From NCBI GenBank assembly GCA_031267535.1, contig JAIRYS010000010.1:124-64123 (forward strand): a DNA stretch of 64,000 nt, in the 5' to 3' direction. The DNA comes from Holosporales bacterium (GTDB lineage Bacteria > Pseudomonadota > Alphaproteobacteria > UBA3830 > JAIRWN01). Made by a program: the position numbers and the translations under genes. This document shows, piece by piece, positions 48,398 to 58,056 of this stretch; position 1 is the stretch's first letter, and each line of letters begins with the position of its first letter. Below the pieces are notes generated by a model that was given only the letters and a program-made list of their open reading frames with translations, was not told the DNA's origin and ran no database searches.

Positions 48398-49989
48398 GCT
48401 TTGAAAAGACGGATCATGCACATTGCATAACTTGGGATAAATTTGGACAATGCCTGGTCGAGTGGGGTTTTATAAGGCAGGATCAGGTTGATGTTATCTT
48501 GCTTGAACAGAAGAAAGAAGGCCAATTGTTCGGTGATTTGGCAGTCAAGCTTGGCTTCATTGACGAGGGGTGGCTGACTAAAGCAACTGCGCGGTATTTC
48601 GGACTTTCGTTTGTTGACCTGGATAATCAGCCTATAGACGATGAACTATCCTGTGTATTAACAGAACCATTTACACGTAAACATCAGATAATTGCCTTTG
48701 CTTTTGAAAACGACGCTGTGTGCGTAGCGCTGTCCGATCCTGGAAATGTAGTTGCCAAAAATGAAATCGAACAGCTTTTAGCCGGCAAATCCGTTAAATT
48801 CTTTTGTGCGTCAACGGCGCAGATAAAACACGCGCTTGATGATCAGCGCGTCAGGCACTTAAAACTTAGCCATAAGAATGCATCAAAAACTGTGGATGAA
48901 ATCTTGGTATATGCATCAAAGAATAATGCCAGCGATATTCACTTCGAGACATTGCAAGACGTAGTCCGTATACGAGTGCGGATAGACGGTATTCTTTCTT
49001 TGTATAAAGAAATACACATAGAATCCTGGCCGCAAATCAAAGGAAGAATCAAAGTCCTAGGCAATCTTAATATTACTGAGTGCCGTATGCCCCAAAGCGG
49101 CCATGCTAACGTTATCTTGAGTAACCGCAGCGTTAATTTGCGTATAGCTACGCACCCCAGCGTGTTTGGCGAGGCAGTTGTGGTAAGGCTGTTGGATCTT
49201 AATAACGACTTACTGTCTTTGCCAAAGCTGGGGTTTCCAGGCGATATAACCGCGGCTTTAAAACAAATTATTTCCAGGCCCTCAGGTTTGTTTATTATTG
49301 CCGGACCAACCGGAGCCGGTAAAACAACAACGCTTTATGCCTTGATACACGAATTGAAAGGCAAAAAGCTCAACATCATGACGCTCGAAGATCCGGTGGA
49401 GTACCAAATGCCGGGGTTGCGTCAATTAGATCTGCGCGAGGAAGGAATATTGACGTTTGCAGAAGGCATAAGATCAGTTTTGCGTCAGGATCCTGACGTT
49501 ATATTAATAGGCGAAATCAGAGATGAAAACACTGCCGCGATGGCCGTAAGAGCCGCCTTAACCGGAAGATTGGTCATGGCCACCATTCACTCTGTCGATA
49601 TACTGGGCGCTTTCCCTAGGCTGATGGATCTAGGGGTAACTTTGCATGACTTGTCGTGCTGCTTGGTTGGGGTAATGTCTCAACGTCTTTTGCGGAAACT
49701 ATGCCAAGATTGTCGAAGAAACGGCCAAGAATGTGCCGCTTGCCATAGGTTAGGATACGCTGGACGTGTGGCTATACCCGAATTGTTCATTGTAAATGAT
49801 GACGTAAAAAGAATTATGGTACAGCCAAATTTTGAAATGAAGGCATTTGCCAGTGTAATATGCGCATACTTCAACAGCATGATGAGCTACGCTCTCAGCC
49901 TGAGGGACAAAGGCGTTACAGACCAAAGTGAAATAGACCGCGTGTTTGGCGCTCAAAGCTATCGTATGCTGCAGGCTCAAAAAGCTTAA
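48394..49989 (+). CDS. Type II/IV secretion-system ATPase, PilB/GspE family
   Basis: 531 aa. The start overlaps the upstream stop (ATGA). It has an N-terminal GspE_N/MshEN-like domain, Walker A GPTGAGKTTT, TLEDPVEY, DPDVILIGEIRD, ATIHS and the Cys cluster CQDC...CAAC. Confidence 0.85.
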   Translation: MSFEKTDHAHCITWDKFGQCLVEWGFIRQDQVDVILLEQKKEGQLFGDLAVKLGFIDEGWLTKATARYFGLSFVDLDNQPIDDELSCVLTEPFTRKHQIIAFAFENDAVCVALSDPGNVVAKNEIEQLLAGKSVKFFCASTAQIKHALDDQRVRHLKLSHKNASKTVDEILVYASKNNASDIHFETLQDVVRIRVRIDGILSLYKEIHIESWPQIKGRIKVLGNLNITECRMPQSGHANVILSNRSVNLRIATHPSVFGEAVVVRLLDLNNDLLSLPKLGFPGDITAALKQIISRPSGLFIIAGPTGAGKTTTLYALIHELKGKKLNIMTLEDPVEYQMPGLRQLDLREEGILTFAEGIRSVLRQDPDVILIGEIRDENTAAMAVRAALTGRLVMATIHSVDILGAFPRLMDLGVTLHDLSCCLVGVMSQRLLRKLCQDCRRNGQECAACHRLGYAGRVAIPELFIVNDDVKRIMVQPNFEMKAFASVICAYFNSMMSYALSLRDKGVTDQSEIDRVFGAQSYRMLQAQKA

Positions 49990-50054
49990 AATTTACTTCT
50001 GGGTTTGGGGCGCGCAATTGTGTATCATGAGGTGATTTTGTTTAAACGCCAGTA

Positions 50055-50798
50055 ATGAAAGCAAAGAATTTTCGCATATTTTGTCTGATGTTGGCGCTTG
50101 CCTTCTCAGTTGCTTGCAATAAGGAAAAGCCTTATGAAGAAAAATCAGTCTACGCAATCTACACAGAAGGCTTAGAGGCTTTTAAAAAGAAAGATTTCTA
50201 TGACGCGGCTAAAGCGTTTCAAGAAATTGAGCGTCAGCATCCGTATTCTGACTGGGCGCCAAAAGCTCAGCTGATGTCGGCCTTTTGCTATTATATGGAC
50301 CGTAAATATGACGATTCGATCCGTATTTTAAATGCGCTGATCAGCTATTACCCAAACTATAGATATATAGACTATGCGCAGTATCTGCTGGCGACAAGCT
50401 ATCTTCAACAGGTTCCAACCGCAGACAGAGACGTTGCAGATGCAATAAGGGCGCGTGACAGTTTCATCGAACTTTCCAAGCGTTATCCAAACAGCACATA
50501 TGCACAGCAGGCAATTAAAAATGTCGAGCTGTTGGATAGCATTCTAGCTGCGCATGATATGCATATCGGCAGGTATTATCAAAGCCGAAATAACGCTATG
50601 GCGGCGCTAGAGCGTTTTAGGGTAGTTATAAACTCATTTGCACATACTGATCAAATCAGCGAGGCTTATTTTCGTGTGATGGAATGCTATCTTTGCCTCG
50701 GGATAATCGAAGAAGCTCATCGTTATTACGAAGAGATGACCAGAAACACAACAGAGTCAATTTGGACTGCTAAAGCCAGAAAGCTTCTTCGTAAGTAA
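50055..50798 (+). CDS. bamD: Outer membrane protein assembly factor BamD
   Basis: 247 aa with a lipoprotein leader and lipobox (LALAFSVAC). TPR-like repeats are typical of BamD/YfiO (YPYSDWAPKAQL, YPNYRYIDYAQY, YPNSTYAQQA). Confidence 0.85.
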   Translation: MKAKNFRIFCLMLALAFSVACNKEKPYEEKSVYAIYTEGLEAFKKKDFYDAAKAFQEIERQHPYSDWAPKAQLMSAFCYYMDRKYDDSIRILNALISYYPNYRYIDYAQYLLATSYLQQVPTADRDVADAIRARDSFIELSKRYPNSTYAQQAIKNVELLDSILAAHDMHIGRYYQSRNNAMAALERFRVVINSFAHTDQISEAYFRVMECYLCLGIIEEAHRYYEEMTRNTTESIWTAKARKLLRK

Positions 50799-50801
50799 GT
50801 C

Positions 50802-52454
50802 ATGCTCAAAAGCGTAGCTGTACGAGACTTCATCTTAATAGATGAGGTTCTGTTGGATTTTTATTGCGGCATGACTGTGATAACCGGCGAGACTGGCGCC
50901 GGGAAATCTATGCTGCTCAGCGCAATTGAGTTTGCTCTAGGCGCGAGAATTGAAACCAAGTTAATTCGTCAGAAATGCGATAGCACGTCGGTTACGATTG
51001 AATTCGACAATATACCTAGCTCTGTCGCAAATTTACTGAATAGCGCCGATATTGACGCAGAAGGCAATTTGATTATAAGAAGAACTCTGTCTTTGGATGG
51101 TAAAAGCAGGGTATTTATAAACGATCAGGTTGTAAGCGCCAAATTTGCACAAAGCGTATTTACTGACCTTTTAGAAGTTCATGGACAGCGCGACAGTATA
51201 TTGTCCGCCGATACGCAGCTTATGGCGCTAGATCGATTTGCCGACGCAAGTTTAGAGCGAAAAAATCTGGCTGATATCCATACCAGCAAAACCCAAACGC
51301 AAAACGAACTCGATTCTGTTGACGACGAACTTGAACAGATTGCTAAAGAGCAAGACTATATAGCGGCTTGCATAAAAGAATTAGAAAGCGCAAACCCAAC
51401 CGAAAATGAAGAAGCAGGACTACTTCAACAACGCTTGGCAATTAAAAACGCCGCAAAGCTTAAAGAGCTTGTTTTGGCGACCGAAACCCTTTGCGATATC
51501 AGCAATTTTATAGAGGCGCAGAAACTTGTCGCTAGGGGTATTGAGCTTCATCCAGGCTTGAAGAATGTGTCTGAGGCAATTGAAGCGGCTGTTGCTTCTG
51601 TTGACACGGTGTTGGTAAAGCTTGAGGCAATACGCTGTGACGTCGATTTGCAAGATAAATCTGCGGATGAAATCGAAGGTCGCCTGATGCTTTTAAGAGA
51701 TCTCGCCCGTAAGCATAATTGCAGCATAGATTTGTTGCCCAAAATTCTTGAGGGTATGAAAGCAAAAGCCTTTGAGATTACAGCTTTAATAAAAAAACAC
51801 GATCAAATAAAAGTTACGCTAAGCGATATAACCTGCCAGTACAACGAACTAGCGAACAAAATTACAATCAAAAGACAAGAGGCGGCGTTGAAGCTATCCA
51901 ATCTTGTTAATGCTAATCTATCGGCATTAAGGCTTGCTCAGTGTAAATTTCATGTTCTAGTGGAAAGTACACAAAAAGCGACGGCAACCGGTAATGATAC
52001 CATCACTTTTTTGGCAAGCACCAATCCCGGATTACCAATGACCAAGCTCGATAAAGTTGCTTCGGGCGGAGAAGCTATACGTATTATGCTCGCAATCAAA
52101 GTCGCTTTAGCTGAAATCATGGATATTCCAACCTTCATTTTTGATGAAATTGATTCTGGTACCAGCGGAGTTGCCGCCTCTGCTATTGGATCTATGTTGA
52201 ATTCTATGTCCAAGCACAAGCAAGTGTTTACAATAACGCACTCGCCGCAAGTCGCCGTACATGCCGAAAAACATTTGCTGGTCAAAAAATCTATGTCCGA
52301 CAATCAAAACATAACCACAATAGGCTACGTTGATGGACAAGACAGACTAGAGGCTGTTGCGAAAATGCTAACCATGGATGATGAGGTTACAAGTGAAGCC
52401 TGCTCCGCGGCAAATACTTTGTTTTTTGCCCGTAAAGTTCAAGCTGACCAATAG
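50802..52454 (+). CDS. recN: DNA repair protein RecN
   Basis: 550 aa with Walker A GETGAGKSMLL, a long coiled-coil middle, signature ASGGEAIRIMLA and Walker B FIFDEIDSG. Confidence 0.93.
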   Translation: MLKSVAVRDFILIDEVLLDFYCGMTVITGETGAGKSMLLSAIEFALGARIETKLIRQKCDSTSVTIEFDNIPSSVANLLNSADIDAEGNLIIRRTLSLDGKSRVFINDQVVSAKFAQSVFTDLLEVHGQRDSILSADTQLMALDRFADASLERKNLADIHTSKTQTQNELDSVDDELEQIAKEQDYIAACIKELESANPTENEEAGLLQQRLAIKNAAKLKELVLATETLCDISNFIEAQKLVARGIELHPGLKNVSEAIEAAVASVDTVLVKLEAIRCDVDLQDKSADEIEGRLMLLRDLARKHNCSIDLLPKILEGMKAKAFEITALIKKHDQIKVTLSDITCQYNELANKITIKRQEAALKLSNLVNANLSALRLAQCKFHVLVESTQKATATGNDTITFLASTNPGLPMTKLDKVASGGEAIRIMLAIKVALAEIMDIPTFIFDEIDSGTSGVAASAIGSMLNSMSKHKQVFTITHSPQVAVHAEKHLLVKKSMSDNQNITTIGYVDGQDRLEAVAKMLTMDDEVTSEACSAANTLFFARKVQADQ

Positions 52455-52468
52455 TTGGTATGCAAGTT

Positions 52469-53848
52469 TCACATTACTAAGCAGAAAGCTACGGCCCCGG
52501 TAACAATTATAAGCGGAATCACTATTGTTGTTACAAAAATATCCTTATAAGACTCTTTAAACGTAAGGCTGGTTATCGTCATTACAGAGATAATTGCCCC
52601 GTTACTTGGAATCGAATCAAACACACCAACTGACATAGAGGTGATTCTGTGAACAATTTCCATATCTACGCCCAATAAGGTTGCCGACTTATACAGCGCC
52701 TCACCCATATTATCTAAAACCATGCCAAGTGCTCCGCTGGCCGATCCGGCGCAAGCAGAAAGAACCATCGAGGTCAGCGACGAGGACAATATAGGATTGC
52801 CAACCGCAAAACTGGCCAAGAGCTCTTTTAAGGCAGTAAATGCAGGAACTGCAGATACAACAGCACAATATCCCATCACTGAAGCAGTGCTAACGATGGG
52901 AGTAAGGGAAAATTCTGCGCCTTTGTTAACTATTTTTTTTATGCCGCTTAGAGTTCGATAACTGGACGCCAATATTGCGCTGATCCCCATCAGTAAACCT
53001 ATAGATATATATATGTTACTAACAAATGTGTTTATATCTGATGCGGCATATTGCCTTTTAAGCAGAAAATCTCTATCTGGGATTAGATCAATATAATCTG
53101 GCAGCAGTAATCCAACGGCCACTATTATCACTAAAGGAAGTACGGCGACGGTGAAGCTGTTACTTGAATCTAAAAGCTCTTGCTCTTTGAACAAAAAATC
53201 TTTGACATAACCTTCTTCAAGCAAATAGGCTTGCTTTACTCGGTAATTCAACCAAAGCATTCCCAGAATGAACATAGCCGAACCGCATATAATGCCCAGT
53301 GTAGAAGCCGCGTAAATGTCGGTATGAAAAAAGCTTGTCGGCATCACGTTAGCAGCCGTTAACGAACCGGGGAAAGCCGTCATCGTAAAGGTGAAAGAAC
53401 CAAATGATATAGTTGCAGGTATAAGCCTTTTTGGAATGTTCGCGCATTGGAACAAAGGTTTTATAACCGGGTAGGTAATAAATGCGATGACAAACAAGGA
53501 TAAGCCAGAATAAGTCAGTACAGCGCAAAGCAGTAACGTGGACAAAATCGCCTGCTCTCGCCCTACTTTTTCAGCGAGCCAGTAGGCAATTACTTTACTG
53601 TAACCGCTTTCTTTCATCAGATTGCCAAAAATACCGCCAAGCAAAAAAATCGGGAAATAGAGCACAAAATATTTACTGAGCGCAAAGAGCAGCACTTGAA
53701 TATACTTAACTTCGTCAGTGATTTTTCCTCCGCTTAGAATAACTAGCAAAAGCGTGCAGAAAGCAGAGAACAGCAGTATTGTGTTCCCCCGATAAACCAG
53801 GTACGACAAAAGAGCCGTAGTGGCAAATATACTAATTATCGAGAGCAT
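52469..53848 (-). CDS. GntP-family-like anion:H+ permease (substrate unknown)
   Basis: 459-aa polytopic ORF. Segments LGGIFGNLMKESGYSKVIAYWLAEKVG and a C-terminal ...ACAGSASGALGMV resemble GntT/GntP permeases by eye. Confidence 0.5.
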   Translation of the reverse strand: MLSIISIFATTALLSYLVYRGNTILLFSAFCTLLLVILSGGKITDEVKYIQVLLFALSKYFVLYFPIFLLGGIFGNLMKESGYSKVIAYWLAEKVGREQAILSTLLLCAVLTYSGLSLFVIAFITYPVIKPLFQCANIPKRLIPATISFGSFTFTMTAFPGSLTAANVMPTSFFHTDIYAASTLGIICGSAMFILGMLWLNYRVKQAYLLEEGYVKDFLFKEQELLDSSNSFTVAVLPLVIIVAVGLLLPDYIDLIPDRDFLLKRQYAASDINTFVSNIYISIGLLMGISAILASSYRTLSGIKKIVNKGAEFSLTPIVSTASVMGYCAVVSAVPAFTALKELLASFAVGNPILSSSLTSMVLSACAGSASGALGMVLDNMGEALYKSATLLGVDMEIVHRITSMSVGVFDSIPSNGAIISVMTITSLTFKESYKDIFVTTIVIPLIIVTGAVAFCLVM

Positions 53849-53893
53849 CGTGTAAAGTGCTAACTATATTTAACCCGTGTTAACAAGGCCATT

Positions 53894-55558
53894 ATGAGCA
53901 GCAAAGATAATAAAAGTCTTAACGTGACCAAGCTTTGCAAACGGCGTGGAGTACGAACTTTGCTGGTGTTTTTGGCTATTGCGGCTATGTTTTTAATGGG
54001 CAATTCGTTGCGTCCACTAAATTCTCCTGATGAAGCGCGTTACACGGAAATCCCACGTGAAATGCTGGTTTCGGGTGATTTTATAACGCCGCGCCTTAAT
54101 GGTGTTAAGTATTTCGAAAAACCTCCACTTTTCTACTGGATGCAGGCCAGCGCAATAAAGTTATTTGGCATAAGCAATTGGTCAACCAGATTATGGCATA
54201 TGGTCATTGGTGTTTTAGGCTGTTTTTCGGTGTTTTTGGCTGGTAAATTTTTGCTTTCCTGGCGCGTAGGAGCGCTTTCAGCCGCTACTTTAGCCAGCTG
54301 CGTAATCTACTATGCTTTGGCGAAATTCGTTTGCCTGGATATGATATTTTCCGTTTTCTTTAGCATTTCGCTGCTTTGTTTTATGTCGGCTTTTAATAAA
54401 GCTAGCGAAAGTAAACGCCTATTCAACACATTGGTTTATGGCGGCTTTGGCTGCATGGGGCTTGCTTTTCTAACCAAAGGGCTGATTGCAGTTGTGCTTC
54501 CCGGTATTATCATGGGCGCGTTTATATGTGTTACCCGTCAATGGAGGTATCTTGGGCTTATTAAGCATCCCGGCGTGCTGTTGTTTTTTGCAATAATTTT
54601 ACCCTGGCACATAGCTGTGGCGGCTAAAAATCCTGATTTTAATTATCAGTACTTTATTTACGAACACTTTATTCGCTACACAACCACGATTCATAATCGC
54701 TTTCAGGCATGGTGGTTCTTTCTGCCGATAACCGCAATAGGGATTATGCCATGGACCGGGGTTTTATTGGCGGAGTGTTCAAGCGTCGTAACAAAAATAA
54801 AGATCATCGACAGAAACATGTTGTTCTTGTTGATATGGTTTTTTGCGCCAATTATTTTCTTTTCATTCTCTGGATCCAAATTGATTCCTTACATACTGCC
54901 GGCAATTCCTGCGGCGAGCATCATTGTCGCCATAAGATTAGACAAGCTTATGGAAGACCAAATTTTAAACATTCCTTGGTGGTGCGTGCTGATTGACGTA
55001 ACACTGGGATGCGGCGCATTATTCTTTTTGGCGCGAGAGGGGTTTCAAGACTATAAGCCGCCGGAGCTTGTATATATGTTGGTTTTTGGAGGCGGCATTG
55101 TATTGACTGCCATCGTCCCGTATTTCACCAAAAAGGCCCGATCTTTCGTGACGTATAGGCTGATTTTTATATGCTGCGCATATACTTTCTTAAGTTACGC
55201 GATTCCTTCTGTCCAAGAAAACAATAAACCAAGTATTGCGCCTCTGATAAAGGCCATCCAGGCCAGCAAAGCAAACGACGATCTGGTATTTTGCTTCTAT
55301 GGCTATTACCAAGAGCTTCCGCTTTATATGGAAGAGTTTGTCGGTCTTGTTGAAAGCTGGGATGAGCTTGAATTTGGGGCTTATTCAGAAAAGGCATTCG
55401 ATAGGTTTTTAACTTTTCAGCAGTTTTGGGATCTTTGGGACAGAGAAAAAAGGATTTTTGTGATTATGAAAATACGAAATTATGAAATGTTTTGGAAAAA
55501 CCGAAGACATAACGTGCTCGCTTGTGATAGAAAAAACATAGTCTTAACTAATCGCTGA
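53894..55558 (+). CDS. arnT: GT39/GT83-type glycosyltransferase, ArnT-like (undecaprenyl-phosphate-L-Ara4N:lipid A transferase)
   Basis: 554-aa polytopic protein. The N-terminal motif is PDEARYTEIPREMLVSGDFITPRLNGVKYFEKPPLFYWM. It is the first gene of an arn-like cluster. Confidence 0.8.
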   Translation: MSSKDNKSLNVTKLCKRRGVRTLLVFLAIAAMFLMGNSLRPLNSPDEARYTEIPREMLVSGDFITPRLNGVKYFEKPPLFYWMQASAIKLFGISNWSTRLWHMVIGVLGCFSVFLAGKFLLSWRVGALSAATLASCVIYYALAKFVCLDMIFSVFFSISLLCFMSAFNKASESKRLFNTLVYGGFGCMGLAFLTKGLIAVVLPGIIMGAFICVTRQWRYLGLIKHPGVLLFFAIILPWHIAVAAKNPDFNYQYFIYEHFIRYTTTIHNRFQAWWFFLPITAIGIMPWTGVLLAECSSVVTKIKIIDRNMLFLLIWFFAPIIFFSFSGSKLIPYILPAIPAASIIVAIRLDKLMEDQILNIPWWCVLIDVTLGCGALFFLAREGFQDYKPPELVYMLVFGGGIVLTAIVPYFTKKARSFVTYRLIFICCAYTFLSYAIPSVQENNKPSIAPLIKAIQASKANDDLVFCFYGYYQELPLYMEEFVGLVESWDELEFGAYSEKAFDRFLTFQQFWDLWDREKRIFVIMKIRNYEMFWKNRRHNVLACDRKNIVLTNR

Positions 55559-55560
55559 TA

Positions 55561-55932
55561 ATGGAAAAGTTGTTTCTTGTCTGTTTGCTTGCGTTTCAGA
55601 TCACGCTAAATGCAGGAACGCAAATCATCCTGAAAAGCGGAGTTAACTCGCTGTCGTTCGATCTTGCCAAGCGAAGTTTGCTTCAAATTTTGTTTGAGAC
55701 CATTACCAATTGGTATGTTGTGATTGGCGTGTTTTGCTATGCCCTAAGCTTTGGCATTTGGCTTTATTTGCTTTCCAAGCTGGAAGTCAGCTACCTTTAC
55801 CCAATGGGAAGTATATCATATGTCATTGCGGCTGTCGCTGGGCACTATTTACTCAAAGAGAGCCTTTCGCCTGTACGAATTGCCGGCATATTAGTAATAG
55901 TTATCGGAGTGTGTTTAGTTGCTAAAAGCTAA
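55561..55932 (+). CDS. Small EamA/SMR-like membrane protein, ArnE/ArnF-like flippase subunit
   Basis: 123 aa with four predicted TM helices, located between the arnT-like and arnB-like genes. Confidence 0.6.
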   Translation: MEKLFLVCLLAFQITLNAGTQIILKSGVNSLSFDLAKRSLLQILFETITNWYVVIGVFCYALSFGIWLYLLSKLEVSYLYPMGSISYVIAAVAGHYLLKESLSPVRIAGILVIVIGVCLVAKS

Positions 55933-55942
55933 AAAACAAAAT

Positions 55943-57103
55943 ATGCATAACGAAGGTTTTATTCCTCTTTCAATTCCGTCTATAGATGAAGAGACCATAG
56001 AGGAAGTCGCCAAGGTTTTACGGTCCGGTTGGTTGACAACCGGGTCGATTAATGAGCGTTTTGAACGCGCTTTGGCTGATTATATGGGCGCGCCTCTTGT
56101 TATGACGACAACCTCCGGGACGGCGGGAATCCATCTGGCGATTGTGGCGTCCGGTATAGAGCCCGGCAGTGAAATCATCACAACGCCATTTACTTTTGTT
56201 GCAACCGCTAATGCTATCGTTCATGCAGGTTGTGTGCCAGTGTTTGCTGACGTCGATCTCAATACCTTGAACATCTCTCCCAAGGCCATTGAGGATAAAA
56301 TTACCAGCAAAACCAAAGCAATCATGCCTGTTCATTATGCCGGCGTTCCGGTAGATATGGACGCTGTCTACAAGATTGCCGCATCGCATAATCTTAGGGT
56401 TATCGAAGATAGCGCGCACGCCTTTGGCTCAAGCTATAAAGGCAAAAAGATTGGCAGTTTCGGCGATATTCAGGTATTCAGCTTTCATCCGATAAAAAAC
56501 ATAACTACTGGCGAGGGAGGCTGCGTGGTTTTCCGCAACGAGCAAGAAGCCGACCTGTTTGCTCAGATGCGGTTTCATGGCATAAATCGCTCAATCTGGG
56601 ACAGATTCAAAAAACAAAGCGGAAGGCTTGATTATGATGTTGTGTGTCCTGGCTATAAACTTAACATGTCTGACATACAGTCTGTTATTGGGCTGTATCA
56701 GCTAAAGCGAGCGAACGAGATGAATAATCGCCGTCGTGAAATCTCCGCGAAATATTCGTCCGCCTTCGAGAACTGGGACAAAGTTTTTGTGCCGGACAAG
56801 GCTTTGTACGATTTTACGCGCTCGGGCCATTTGTTTCCGGTGTTAATTGACCTTAAAAAAACCAGCCTCAGTCGAGATGAGATTATAGCCCGCCTAAAAG
56901 AACACAATATCGGCAGCATAGCCTACTACTATCCTGTACATCTGTTTACTTACTACAGAGAAAAATTTGGTTATAAACTAAACGACTTTCCAGAGGCTGA
57001 GGACGCTGGTTGCAGGGTGATTTGCTTGCCGGTTTATCCTGACATGACAGATGATCAGCAAGATTTTGTTATCGCTACATTTAAAAAGATTCTAAAAGAA
57101 TGA
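55943..57103 (+). CDS. arnB: DegT/DnrJ/EryC1-family aminotransferase, ArnB-like (UDP-4-amino-4-deoxy-L-arabinose aminotransferase)
   Basis: IPLSIPSIDEE...GWLTTG, TSGTAGIHLA, DSAHAFGS and FSFHPIKNITTGEGG (the PLP Lys). The ATG at 55943 is preferred over the TTG at 55919. Confidence 0.85.
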   Translation: MHNEGFIPLSIPSIDEETIEEVAKVLRSGWLTTGSINERFERALADYMGAPLVMTTTSGTAGIHLAIVASGIEPGSEIITTPFTFVATANAIVHAGCVPVFADVDLNTLNISPKAIEDKITSKTKAIMPVHYAGVPVDMDAVYKIAASHNLRVIEDSAHAFGSSYKGKKIGSFGDIQVFSFHPIKNITTGEGGCVVFRNEQEADLFAQMRFHGINRSIWDRFKKQSGRLDYDVVCPGYKLNMSDIQSVIGLYQLKRANEMNNRRREISAKYSSAFENWDKVFVPDKALYDFTRSGHLFPVLIDLKKTSLSRDEIIARLKEHNIGSIAYYYPVHLFTYYREKFGYKLNDFPEAEDAGCRVICLPVYPDMTDDQQDFVIATFKKILKE

Positions 57104-58047
57104 TGCTTAGGAAAAAAACTACGCCTTATATCTCCGTAGTGGTGCCCGTGTACAATGAGGAGGAGAGTATAAACGAGCTGTTTGACCGCTTGTTCGGGAC
57201 TTTGAACTCTACGGGTAAAAGCTATGAGATAATATTTGTAAACGACGGCAGCAAAGATCGCTCTACACAGATACTTGCAGACATTTTCCATAAACACAAA
57301 GATGTTGTACGGGTGATAGAGTTCAACAACAACTATGGCCAGTATATCGCCATTTTTGCTGGGTTTGAGCACGTTCGCGGTCAGGTCATAGTCACCTTAG
57401 ACGCCGATCTTCAAAATCCACCCGAGGATATATCAAAACTGCTGGTCAAATTTGATGAAGGTTATGACCTTGTTGGCGGGTATCGAGAACATCGTCAGGA
57501 CAGCTTTTACAGGACTTACGTGTCCAAGTTCGTAAACGGAATGCGGGATAAGCTGACCGGACTTCATATGCGCGATCATGGCTGTATGCTTCGCGCCTAC
57601 AGCCGCAATATTGTCGATCAGGTAATAAAAACCCGCGAGGCCTTTACATTTATAACGGCTATGGCTCAGAAATTTTCTAAAAATCCAATCGACATTCCGG
57701 TACGCCACAGTAAACGCAAACGCGGAGCATCGAAATATAATCCGTATAAATTGATTAGGATTGGGTTTGATTTGTTGACAGGGTTCTCATTGATTCCCCT
57801 GCAAATGTTTACTTTAATCGGAGCTCTTACGTCTTTGTTCAGCGGGACACTAGTTGTCTACTTGGTGATTAGGCGTATTTTCATCGGACCTGAGGTCGAG
57901 GGAGTTTTTACTTTGTTCGCTCTCTTGTTTTTTATGATGAGCGTTCTGATAACCGGCATAGGCCTTATAGGGGAATACGTGGGAAGGGCTTATCTTTCGC
58001 TATGTAATCATCCTCGATACGTAATAAAAAAAATAATTGAGAAATAG
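57100..58047 (+). CDS. arnC: GT2 polyprenyl-phosphate glycosyltransferase, ArnC-like
   Basis: 315 aa with ISVVVPVYNEEESI, FVNDGSKD, LDADLQNPPEDI and two C-terminal TM helices. It has an ATGA overlap with arnB. Confidence 0.85.
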   Translation: MMLRKKTTPYISVVVPVYNEEESINELFDRLFGTLNSTGKSYEIIFVNDGSKDRSTQILADIFHKHKDVVRVIEFNNNYGQYIAIFAGFEHVRGQVIVTLDADLQNPPEDISKLLVKFDEGYDLVGGYREHRQDSFYRTYVSKFVNGMRDKLTGLHMRDHGCMLRAYSRNIVDQVIKTREAFTFITAMAQKFSKNPIDIPVRHSKRKRGASKYNPYKLIRIGFDLLTGFSLIPLQMFTLIGALTSLFSGTLVVYLVIRRIFIGPEVEGVFTLFALLFFMMSVLITGIGLIGEYVGRAYLSLCNHPRYVIKKIIEK

Positions 58048-58056
58048 GGTTAACAC

